Of a DNA stretch of 64,000 nucleotides, positions 52,996 to 64,000 are shown piece by piece. Origin of the DNA: Priapulus caudatus (taxonomy: Eukaryota); assembly GCF_000485595.1 (NCBI RefSeq), contig NW_014577076.1, positions 1,338,088 through 1,402,087 on the forward strand. Reading direction: 5' to 3'. Both the position numbers and the translations under genes were made by a program. The stretch's first letter is position 1. Each line of letters starts with the position of its first letter. Under the pieces are notes generated by a model. It saw only the letters and a list, made by a program, of their open reading frames with translations, did no database searches and was not told where the DNA came from.

Positions 52996-53162
52996 GTGGA
53001 CAGCTTACAGCACAGGTGCCCAAGACGCAGAAAGTAGTTCCACGAATGGGAGTCGCCAGTAGTCGAGCTGACCGTGTGCACATACGCACAAATCCATCTG
53101 CCTTCCGACCACCGAACCACCCTAGTCACCAATTACAGCTGCAACAGTTTCTTCAGGAGCAG
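52996..53162 (+). CDS. Internal exon ([12 protein letters not shown]...LQQFLQEQ)
   Basis: Acceptor tgtgtatag|, donor CAG|gtaact, phase 1-0. Confidence 0.8.
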
Positions 53163-53198
53163 GTAACTAAATACATCAGTACTCATGTCATCTAATAA

Positions 53199-53360
53199 CA
53201 CACGCACACACACATGCACACACACACGCACACACGCACATGCATGCACACACGCACGCACACACACCCACATCCACACACACGCACACACATGCCCACA
53301 CACACACACACACACACATGCACGTGCACACAAGCACGCATGCACGTGCGCACGCACACA
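53199..53360. repeat. (CA)n-type microsatellite
   Basis: Direct inspection. Confidence 0.95.
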
Positions 53361-54206
53361 GACTGTAACGTCTAACTATAACATCTGGCAGTTTCCGTTA
53401 CAGAGCAAGTAAACTCGAGTGTACCATCATTCTAAGGAACACCTGTAGATGGCGCTAGCTATAAAATCGAAGGTCTAGCGGTTGATAACAAATGCATTTG
53501 GTCTAATAACGCTAGATTTGGTCTATTGACAGTTGTTGAGCTTAACTGAATAAAATTGCACAATTGTGTTGGCCTAAATATTAACACTTATAATGCATGA
53601 GTTGATTGATGCATGTATAAAATTCTGACCATTGGTCAGCATTTAATCTGTGAGCTTCTGGACATCGTCTGTAGATCGCAATCATTGATTAGTTGCCTTC
53701 AATTGCTTCACACATGAAGCAAGCATGTTTGTGCATACAGATGTGTTGAGAATCCCTTTAAAAAATTCCGTGCGATCTTCTCTATAACAGTCTGGCCTGC
53801 CCTTCAGTCCACTAACCCTATAAAAGCCTTTTAAGCTTGTTCGAAGCCAGGAGGAATCGTTATGTAAAAACTATTAGGTAGCAACCCGTGTCTGTGTGCG
53901 TATCCGACCAGACGTGGCGGCATCGTGCCGCGAGCCTATTGATTTTCCCTCTCCTTTACTAAGAACCAGGGAAGATTTCTCTTGCCCATGAGATTTATAG
54001 ATTTCCCCCGCGCATCTTCGCCATGTGTCGCAAGAAGTGAAGCTGCTCGGAGCTTCAATCGTGCGGATGCTGCTGCTAGTTGCAGGAGAGGGGAAGGTTT
54101 CTCTCTCGCATTAGCTCTGTAGGTTTCTGTGCGTGTCTTTGTCGTGTGTCGCGAGAAGTGAAGCTGGTTGGGGCGTCCTTCATGCGCATGCTGCTGCTTG
54201 TTGCAG

Positions 54207-54303
54207 GAGAAGAGGAGAGAGCTGGTGGACTCGAGCGACGACGATCTGTACGAGGACGACGACCGTGAGGAGGACGAGGACGACTTTGCAGACGACGAGG
54301 AAG
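54207..54303 (+). CDS. Internal acidic exon (EKRRELVDSSDDDLYEDDDREEDEDDFADDEE)
   Basis: Acceptor cttgttgcag|, donor AAG|gtgagc, phase 0-1. Confidence 0.82.
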
Positions 54304-54928
54304 GTGAGCTGTTATTGAGGTGTCTGCCATGAGTGAGCAAGAGTGTATGTGCGTGTGCAGGTGGGCGTGGGTGCGTGGCTGCATGTTAGCCGAAGACGTG
54401 CGTGTGTGTGGTGGTCGTGTGTACATGATTCGGGGGGTGGCTACATATTTGCATGTGCAGGTGCGCGTGGATGCTTATGTGTGTGCGAGTGTGTATCTGG
54501 GTGTGTTTTAATAAGTAAATATTTACGATTTCAGTTTTCCTATGTTATTTATAGGGTAAATACAAACTGCAGACGTTGTGACAAAACCGAAACAATACAG
54601 GAAATATTTTATACATATGTATTTGTATATGTATTTGACAAGAAGCTTTAGTCTAGATGATAAACCATACTACTCTTAAGTACGTATCACATTGTCTTGA
54701 AAAGATGAGCACCTGATTATGATTATGATTGAATGATAACTGTACTACGAAATGGTTACTGTATAAATTTCAGTTTGGTTTATCATATAGAATTCCTCAC
54801 TGGATCACACAATCAAAATAGAGATTGCACAATGCGTGAAATGGCGCCGTGATATTGCAGTTGACTATGATAGGTGCTAACAATTGTTTATTAACGATGA
54901 CTTGATCAAAGATTAATTTGTGTTTCAG

Positions 54929-55051
54929 GTGCGAGCAATGCTGACTCATCCTCGCAGGAGTACCTAGATGACAACGACTCGCTGAGTGGGAAGTACACAG
55001 GCTCTCAGTATTCTCCGCAAATGCCCTCTAAGCATGGCTCCAGCTACCAAG
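54929..55051 (+). CDS. Internal exon (ASNADSSSQEYLDDNDSLSGKY...SSYQ)
   Basis: Acceptor ttgtgtttcag|, donor AAG|gtgggc, 123 nt, phase 1-1. Confidence 0.8.
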
Positions 55052-55339
55052 GTGGGCATGTTGAACATGCATGGCTTCATGCAGGTTGAATAGGGAAAGG
55101 GATGCGGGCAGTCTGCCTTGTCATACCTCGAATATGCCTTCTAAAGTGTGAACCTTATGAGTGTGAAATATAGTGTGAACTATAAAGTGTGAACAATATG
55201 AACCCATTATGATCTTCATAGGTCATAATCTTCATAGATCATCACAGATGAATAGATGATTATTTTGATCACGCGTCGAGTGTCGTCATGTTTGCTATGC
55301 TGCTCACGGCTGCAATCCCTGTCGTCATTGTCTCTGCAG

Positions 55340-55569
55340 GAAGCATAGCGGGAGAGGAGAATAGTGACAGCAGCAGCGCCTTCTCCATGTCCTCTCCCGG
55401 CACGAAGCCACGGCTTGTGGGCGGTCCAGCCTCTGGTGCCATGGTAACATCGACAGTCGCCCCTGGCAACCAGCCATCAATCAACAGCGCTGAGGTATTG
55501 TACACGTCCATGCAGCGGAACAAGTTAGGGCCGGCTATGCGCGGCGTGCCCGCGTTAGAAAAAAGCCAG
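55340..55569 (+). CDS. Internal exon (SIAGEENSDSSSAFSMSSPG...ALEKSQ)
   Basis: Acceptor tctctgcag|, donor CAG|gtattt, phase 1-0. Internal alternative donors are possible. Confidence 0.75.
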
Positions 55570-55789
55570 GTATTTATAAATGCACTCAGAATGCTGGTGT
55601 AATGGAATGCAATGGCATCACGGCTCACTCACACACGTGCGCGTCACTAACAGTCATTTGGATTGAGTGTCAGGATGTGACAGCAGTTGTCACTCACTCA
55701 CACGTGTCACTAACTCTCATGGAGGATGTCCGCACGAGTCCCAAGTGTGGGTGTGCGCACTGTTATGGGACACTCCTTCTGGATTCCCT

Positions 55790-55827
55790 GTTCTCTCTCT
55801 CTATCTCTATCTCTCTCTCTGTCTCTG

Positions 55828-55883
<56 letters not shown>

Positions 55884-55923
55884 GCTCTCTCTCTCTCTCT
55901 CTGTCCGTGTCTCTCTCTCTTCT

Positions 55924-55991
<68 letters not shown>

Positions 55992-56167
55992 ATCTATATA
56001 TATCTCTCTCTCTATCTATCTATCTCTGTATCTCTCTCTCTGTTTCTGTGTCTCGCACTCACTCACTCATTCACTCCCTCACTCACTCACTCACTCACTC
56101 ACTCACTCACTCACTCACTCACTCACTCACTCACTCTCCTCTCCCACTCCTTCCTCCCTTCTCTCCC

Positions 56168-56199
<32 letters not shown>

Positions 56200-56229
56200 C
56201 CTCTCTATCTCTCTCTCTCTCTCTCTTCT

Positions 56230-56283
<54 letters not shown>
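55790..56283. repeat. (CT)n/(CTAT)n/(CTCA)n compound microsatellite
   Basis: Direct inspection. A complementary AG-rich tract lies at 56960-57405. Confidence 0.97.
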
Positions 56284-56285
<2 letters not shown>

Positions 56286-59200
56286 GCACGCGCTGTCTGC
56301 TAGTGTTGGTGAGCAGGGGGAGATTAGCATGTGTACGTGACAACGTACCCTGTAAAACAACTTCTCGTGTTTGTTCTTGGCATGTTTTGTCTCTGCTGCA
56401 TCGAGCCACTATATTTATAATTCACTGTGTTTGTCTAAGCTAACAAGGCAAATTACTTGCTCATAATGTAACCAAACGAGCATACAGCAACCTTTCATAT
56501 TTGACATTTCAACGTCTCATTTAATGTAAATTTGTATGACAATGTGCATTTGCACGAAAGTACGCTGTTTCAATATTTCTTGAGTCAATAATTGTTTATC
56601 ACCCCTTTATTATGAACTCTTGCCAAGCGCAGTGTGCTGCAGGGTAAAACAATTCAAGATTGCCCAAACATTAAAATAAAATAGCTCACACCAAAATCGG
56701 TTTATAACTGTTGTGGATATAAGGGAAGCAGGAAGCATTTTGTGTTGCCGTGACAACACGGGGTTGAATTCACGAGGCATTCTATTTGTGCCTTGGAATA
56801 CTTCCAATGTGAGCATGGTGGGAGAGACTGCTTTATGGCTGTGTTTGCCCGCGTGCGTGTGCATATACGTGCTTGTCATCATGTGTGTACGTAAAACAGT
56901 GAGTGGTAGGCAAGCAAAGTTATACAGTGTGAGTGGAAAAAAGAAGGGGCCAGAACGAGTAAGAGAGCGAGAGCGAGAGAGAGAGAGAGAGAGACGAGAG
57001 AGGAGAAGGGACGGAGAGAGAGACGGAGACCGCGAGCCGGCGGCAGAGAAGCGACGAATCGAGGAAGGAAAGAGAGAACGGGGAGGCGAGAGGAAGAGAG
57101 GGAGAGGACGAGGGAGGAGAGGAAGAGATGATGGACGAAGAGGAGAGAGAGACGAGAGAGAGAGAGAGAGAGAGAGAACGAAGAGAGAGACGAGATTCTC
57201 GCGAAATCACAGCGCTGCGAAAGGCGAAACCCACACTCTCGCTGGTTCCCGCCCACCCCCGCGGAGCGACTGTCCGCATGTATGCAGCCCACCCCGCTGA
57301 GATGAGAGAGAGGAGAGAGGAGAGAGAGAGAGGCAGGACGCGAGAAGACTGGAGATGGAGACGGGAGAAGGAGAGAGGGAGAGAGAATAAGGGACAGAGA
57401 GAAGAATGGCAGGGTTGACTGAATGTGTTGACAATCGGTGTGGATGTTTTTGTTTGTGTTACTTTTGCAAGTTGGAATAACCATATAATCGCTGTCTTAC
57501 GCACTTGATTGACTATGTTGATATACGCCTGTGCTGAGGTCAACCATAAGTATTAGCCCTTCCCAACATTTGCTTGTCGTGAGCGTCGGTCGCGTGCTTG
57601 CGTGGGCGGCGTTGCGTGCCTGTGCGCGGTCCGGCGGCGTGAAGAGCAGCGTGTCGTGACGTTTGATTCGGCTGCGCAAAATTGATCTGCCTTTTATTCG
57701 TCAGACGAGTTTTACATTATAGAAAGAGGAAGGGAGGCAGGGATGGGAGAGGACTAGACAAAGGCATACGTGGGTAGAATGGCGTGAAGCAGAGCGGGAA
57801 GAGTAATGCTTATGGGGGTTTCTGACAGGTCGAATAATACGGGATAGCAGTGGCGCCGTGGCTGTTGAAAAAGGTGATAACATTGAATGGCCGCCGTGAT
57901 GTGGATATCTCTCTGCTTCAGTTTCCTGTGATACGTGCCGGTCTTCTGTTGCGGCCGAGGAAAATGTGACGGCGTCCTCGTCATGTGTTTGAAAACGAAA
58001 CCTGTTAAACAACGGATGGGAGGCAGAATGCTTAGTTGATCAGTGCCATGCTGCCATGAAGGTTACCGATTTCTGTTTCCTGTTGGTACATCCTCGGGTA
58101 TTCTTGGAAATTTTGCCATGAGAGCATGCCAACGTCGTGTGGCACAATTAGTTGTACGTCACTACTAAAAGTCGTCTTAGCATTATTCCTAATGTTTCTA
58201 TGCGATAAATAATCACAGATGTAATTACCTTTATAATGGACACGCTGTTTGTTTTTCTTATACCATAATTGGAGTAAATTTAGCAAATCTGCTAAATTGT
58301 GCGTCTCCACGCTTGCCGTGATTGGCTTTTGTTTTATGATTACTATGGCATGATAAATCTTTATGCACCAAAAGCAGAGAATAATAATCATAAGCAAGTA
58401 TATATGATGAGAAATTGCAAATGTTATATATATACATATATATACACAGTTGGCTGTGTTTTTAGTATGCTGCGCCGTTTTAAATCTGTTAAAACGGCAA
58501 AATGTATATTTAAACTTGACAGGTTCTCAGTCATCCGCCTCACACCCTCCCTACCATTCCCGCACTGCGTTCGCTTGCAGGTTATGCGATATCATTGTGA
58601 CATGATCATCGGTGGTCATCGGGGGTTCAAAAACAAATCTGCCTAGAGTTTATGCGTCGAATTTTATTTTTGATTACAAAGCAGCTATTGTCTGGAGGTT
58701 AATTAGAGATTTTAGGGCATCATCGCAAGTTAGAGTGGCACCAAGCCACATATTACTTTCAATGAAGAGTTATCAATGCAGCCTACTTCATAACAGTGTC
58801 TCATATGGGACAAAGTTGTATTGCGTACATAACATGAAGTTTATGGGAAAGGCTCGGTAGTAAGCCTTGTAGTAGAGCAACCGCAGCATGGAATTCCGTG
58901 GGTCATTGAATATAGAGGTGTAATGTAGAGCAACATGTAGATACGCTTATTAGTCGATTAGACCAGGGGTGGGCTGTGGGCAGTTGATTCGCAATTAGTG
59001 ATGGAACATTTGGAGTATTATCTAGGCATTACTGTGACGATCGTAGTGCTGTCGTGGTTGCTGTCCATGATTGCACACGTTGGTGATGAGATCATAATGG
59101 CTTCACACTTCATTCCTCTCTCTGCATCCATCCTCCTGTTCGTACGCTTCGTCTGCCAGAGAGATCAGGATAATACAGCGATCAGCGGAAAGATGCAGTG

Positions 59201-60950
59201 AAGCACAGAGGTGCTTCTGTTTCTACGTGTAAACGTGACGAGATGAGATCGTGTACAAATGTTGTGTGTTGATTTTCGCTCTCGCCAGTCGCTGTCGTCG
59301 GAGTATGCTACAACGCGCCCTCTATCGATGCTGATAACCTCCCAGTCAGAACAGCAAATGTCTCAGTACGCCAGTATCGGATCATTGCAGCGCCAGGTAC
59401 TGTATCAAGAGTAGATGCCTGTAAGACATGAAGCATCCCTATAGATCGTTCTCTTATTTCACACGCTCCTGTTCTCCACTTTCTTTCTCTCACACTCACA
59501 CGCTCCCCGTCCCCCGCACTCACTCTCTCACTCTCTCTCTATCTCTCTCTCTCTCTCTCTCTTTGTCCCCACCTCCAACCTCTTTTCTTATCTTTTCTCT
59601 TATACTTTTGCTCTCGCCCACGCACTTGTTTTCCCACTCGACCCTCTCTCTGCATGGCATGCATGCTAGCTCTTGCTGTCTTCTCTGCTGAAGTTGCATC
59701 CGAGAGAATAAATAATGACAAGTACATAACACAAACGTGTATCGCATATAATAGTAAAGTTTCGTACATATATCTCACAGGGACGTCGAAATTTCGCAGG
59801 TTCTGGTGTGTCTGTGTTAGTCATGCGGCATTGTCTTACAGTTATCACGATCTGCTCTTGTATGCATTGTCATCCTGCATGATTGCATTAGTGCCATGGA
59901 AATAAAATAGTACTTAGTCTAAGTTATAAAAAAATCGTTCTAACACAGGTTTAGGTTGCGACCATGCCGGCTTTGCACGATGCAAGAAATTATTAAGTAG
60001 TAGATAGAGTGTGTATACTAATGTAGACGCGTTATATGTCTTGGGAGATGTTAACAAGGAAATAAATATTGTATGATAATTCTTATGGTAGAACACTTAT
60101 TGTTGTTACAATACTATTTCTGTGGGTATATTTATGATAAACATTGACTCTACTCTCCGTGGTTTAGTTTTAATTATACCATGAAATACCATCACCATCG
60201 CTAAGACGTTGCTGTCGTGCATATATATCGTGATACGACCCCTCCCTACAGTCATCGTCTTGCTGAAGGTTTTCAACTCGGGTCTCGATTCGTTCCTGCA
60301 TGTTGTCTGTACGGGGGTTTTCAAGTTGCTAAGCCTGCGTGTACAGATTATTACGTGGGTGTTTCAGTTGCCATAACGAGAGCTTACCAGGGGGTAGTAA
60401 AACGCAGCGTGTGTGCTACTCTATGTATAGCTACTACGCACGTTACTTTGCATCAGAGCCCCATTGACATGCTAATTATTTTCAGTCCTGTCTCCCTTTG
60501 CACAAAAGGTCTTCTGTTCAGGAGTTTAAATGGTACCGATAGCACCTCCCCCAACCCTGCAAAGATGGTTGCTCCAATATACAATATAGTGTGATCCGAT
60601 CCACTATATCTGATCCACAAGGATTGGACTCCGTTAACCGTATTGCCGTAACGTCCAAATATGTTGCCAAAAATAACATTGATTTGTTGTTTCTTTCGCC
60701 GTCATTTAGAGGGTATAGTGCTAGCCTGTTAGACCTGGACGTGTTTTCTGGAATTTATGGCATACACATGACATTGTGGCTAAGCTCGTGTTACCAGTAT
60801 GCGTCTATGTTCATTGTTTCTGTATTATTTTGAGGACGGGAAGGTTGTAACGAAGGAAGTCCATCTAAAATGCTTAGCGATGCAAAACGTTTTTCTTTCC
60901 AGTTGCTATCCAATTCATTCAGTTAATAAATGTCCATTCAACTTCTAAAT

Positions 60951-61141
60951 TAATGCAGCCTGCACACACCGGGCTCCCAATCAGCTTACTTATTGTTGTG
61001 GGTTTCTGGCGACGAGTTTCTGGCGTCAAAATCGCCATCGCCATGCAGCGCACACGTGGCGATTTCTCGGCGATTTTGTTGCTGACAACAAAATCGCCAG
61101 TGCTATAGCGATAAAAATCGCCACGTGTGCGCGCGGCTTTA
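60951..61141. mobile_element. Palindromic PIF/Harbinger-like MITE
   Basis: 18-bp perfect IR 61048-61065/61115-61132, 13-bp hairpin 61069-61098, right end ...gcgcggct|TTA. Left end is degraded. Confidence 0.55.
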
Positions 61142-61382
61142 GGTAATGCGGATAACGTGACGCACGGACGTGCACATGCAGACACGGCAAGTGCATGCAC
61201 GTTTGCGCTAACATGTGACATATCGCGACGACCGAAATGCAATTAATAATTCATTGGTTCGCAGCAGCGTTCACCGTGACGCCACTCTTACGCCTTTCTC
61301 TCTCCCTCCCCCCCCCCGCACATTTCTTCGGTCGACTTGCCTGCAATATAACTGGTTATCGTTGAGAGCGTGTCGTCGATTG

Positions 61383-61740
61383 ATGAGGGCTGGGCTGGCG
61401 TGGAGGCTGCGGCAGTGTTCCGAATGGCCGGGCCCGGGCCCACGCCTGTCAGTAGTGTTGCGCGATCGGCCGGCCGGCCGCGGATTTCACTCATCGATGC
61501 CTAGAAAGTGCGACGAGCCGCACGGTGCGTCAGGAGTGCGCGGGACAAACAAGAGGCGACCATGACGGCGGCGGGCGGGCGCGGACGTGGGGGTAGAGCG
61601 GCAGAGGAAGGAGCAATGGTGTCGGGGGGACGAGAATTTGGTGACGCAGTTCAAGTCGCTGTTCTCGCGTGCAGATTTCTCGCACCTGCTCATGTACCTT
61701 GCTCCGTCACGGCACAGCCTCGCTACGGGTCGACGCATGG
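61383..61740 (+). other. Possible coding exon in error-prone sequence (...EQWCRGDENLVTQFKSLFSRADFSHLLMYLAPSRHSLATG...)
   Basis: ORFs 61215-61565 and 61587-61877 share a frame, separated by one TGA. GC3-rich codons resemble exon 50139. Boundaries are unclear. Confidence 0.35.
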
Positions 61741-64000
61741 TCAAGCTTAGCGACGCTCCACCACCTCCACCTGGATTAGCTAGGACGCACATGCCGGTCA
61801 CCCAACGTGTGTGGTCGATCACTCGTGCGGATCAGCGTTGTGGTGTCGGTCATCGTAGGTCATCACGCCGGGCATAATATGGTCCGTCACTCTCGTGATG
61901 GTTGGTTACGTCTGGCTATCACCTGTGTCTTATCAACGCGGATCGTCTTGGGTCCGTCACTCTGGGTAGGTCAGCGATCGATCATCACCTCATTTGGCTG
62001 TGATGCTTTACTGTGACGCGTTAATGGTTCAATCCGCTGGGTTTTCTCGCTTTTTCTACAGCATGCTCCTGTTGATGTTTGAGGGATTCGTAAATCCGCG
62101 ACGCCAATCATTTGGGATCATCGCTCGCGCAGCGCTGTCGTGAGAGAACTAGTCCGCCGATACCTCCAAAGAAGATGCTCATGTACGTACCAGAGTGGTT
62201 AGGGTCTACAAGACCACGTATCTACGCTAGACCATCTCTTTCGCGACAGCGTCGTAACAGTCTCTTGCGTCGCCGTCGCCTGCCGGCTCATGGGGCGTTT
62301 CTATGTATGTGCCGCAACGTCTATGTCGTCTCACATGTGCGGGCCGACGCTCTGTGACCCGGTTGCCCTGTGGTCGCTGGCCGGGCGACGGACGGCCCAT
62401 CTATCCTTGGCTCCGGATTGTTTCAGATCGGCGTGCATCTGCCTTTTTGCTGGGGAGATCGGTAGTTGAGCTTCTGTCCTATACTGTCGGGGCCCAGTCT
62501 TTCAGCGAGGCTATCGTGTACAAACGTCATCGTCTTAAGGTAGCGATCGCGTTTAGTAACTTCTTGCGGTCGCGTGTGACCCGAGCCGCTAACACCTGCC
62601 CGCTCCTCGAACAAACCGTCCTCCGTTAAACGCTTGTTCTCCACGACCACTCGTTGATTCGTGCGCGGCNNNNNNNNNNNNNNNNNNNNNNNNNAGTCAT
62701 CACTTGGTCATCACCTAGTCATCACCTGGGCATCATATGTCCGTCACATGGTCCTTACCTGGCTATCATGTGTTTATCACGGGATCGTGGTCGTCATCTG
62801 GTAGTCACGTGATCATCACCTCATTTGGTGTGATGTATGTGACGCGTAATTTCATCGCTGGTTTTCTCGCTTTTCTAAGCATCTCCGTTGATTTTGAGAT
62901 TGTAAAATGCGAGCCATATTTGGGATATGCTGGCAGGCTGTCGAGAAACTAGTCGCCGTACTCCAAAGAAATGCTCATGTATAACAAGTGGTTAGGGTTC
63001 ACAAGACCACGTATAGACCATCTTTCGCACAGCCGTGTAAATCTCATTGCGTCGGCGCGCGGCTTCTATGTATGTCGCAAGTTATGTCGTCTCACATGCG
63101 GGCAGAGCTCTGTGAGGTGCCGTCGGCGACGACGCCATTATCCTTGCTCGGTTTTGTCGCGTGCATTGCTTTTGCTGGGAAGATGGTGTGAGCTCTGTCT
63201 ATACTGGGGCCCGTTTCACGAAGCTATCGTAAAAACATCATCTTAAGGATATCCTTAGAATTCTTGTACGAGAGCCTAACACTGCCCTAAACGTCCCTCG
63301 TTAAAGTGTTTCACGAAACTTATGCCGGTGCGTTGTTAGACGGTCCTTAAAATTCAGCTGTAACGATGTTGCTGGTGGCATAGACTGGTACCATATCTCT
63401 ACACCTTGCTACTAGATAGTCTATATATATAGAGACCCAGCTCACTGTGAGTTGCTACTCTAATCTCTCGCGTCATTTAATTTTAATAAATGTAGGTACA
63501 ACAGCGTGCAAACTAAAAATAATAGGTTAAAAGTATTTTTAAATGCCAAGTACCTGAGAAATAATTAAACTAAAGCAAGGTTGTCATATTTCCTGCAACT
63601 AGAACTACCACAAATGACGTATTGACTGAACAAAAATGTAACATAAATTCTGAAGGTTTAGATTTACGTTTGATATATATATATATATATACTTTGATAC
63701 AGTATTGGCGCCATTGGATACAGTAATTACATACACGAACAGCCGAAGCACATGTAAGGTGCAAGGAAGCATTTCATCTCTTCAAAATCTGCTACCACAA
63801 TAAGAAGCTTCTTAGCCACACTTGATCCCTGCGCGTCATGCCTTCACAGGCCTTACAATGTCGGACAATCGTGTGGATGTTTTGTGTGTTACTTTTGCAA
63901 GTTGAATAACATACTAATCGCTGTCTTACGCACTTGATGATATGTTGATATAGCTGTGACGAAGGTCAACCATAAGTATAGCCTTCCCAACATTTGTATG

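Noticed and set aside
10287..55569. Assigning a gene symbol (GEF, MAP or scaffold families considered)
   Set aside because: No diagnostic domain or motif was recognised in the window.
55602..57543. Long SL/ER-repeat ORFs
   Set aside because: Translations of CT/AG microsatellites; the same applies to 5115-6701 and 16068-16534.

Overview
This is eukaryotic (metazoan, probably invertebrate) draft-assembly DNA, not prokaryotic. I found no operons, CRISPR arrays, rRNA or tRNA genes. Most of the window is one large, intron-rich + strand gene that I reconstructed by hand from GT-AG sites. A 3.17-kb exon (10287-13460) is followed by nine phase-compatible exons (22407-55569), giving a 1910-codon open frame. 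The product is an acidic, Ser/Pro-rich, apparently disordered protein with a 19-aa Cys-containing repeat, an SPxR repeat cluster and two TQT motifs. I recognise no folded domain and cannot name the gene; it may continue beyond the window. Short candidate alternative first exons (5041-5091, 15796-15825, possibly 22053-22139) end in the same phase as the giant exon. Introns carry a 38-bp minisatellite with a MITE inserted at GTAAC, a Helentron/HINE-like element with 153-bp internal repeats, EnSpm-, Harbinger- and Tigger-like MITEs, a 1.2-kb unclassified repeat and many microsatellites. Much of the multi-kb duplication (including duplicated exons) sits beside 25-N or 10-N gaps and includes indel-rich copies, so it is most likely long-read gap-filling or haplotype artefact. 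I see no convincing novel system; the best leads are the alternative-N-terminus architecture, the giant repeat exon and the satellite-inserted MITE.
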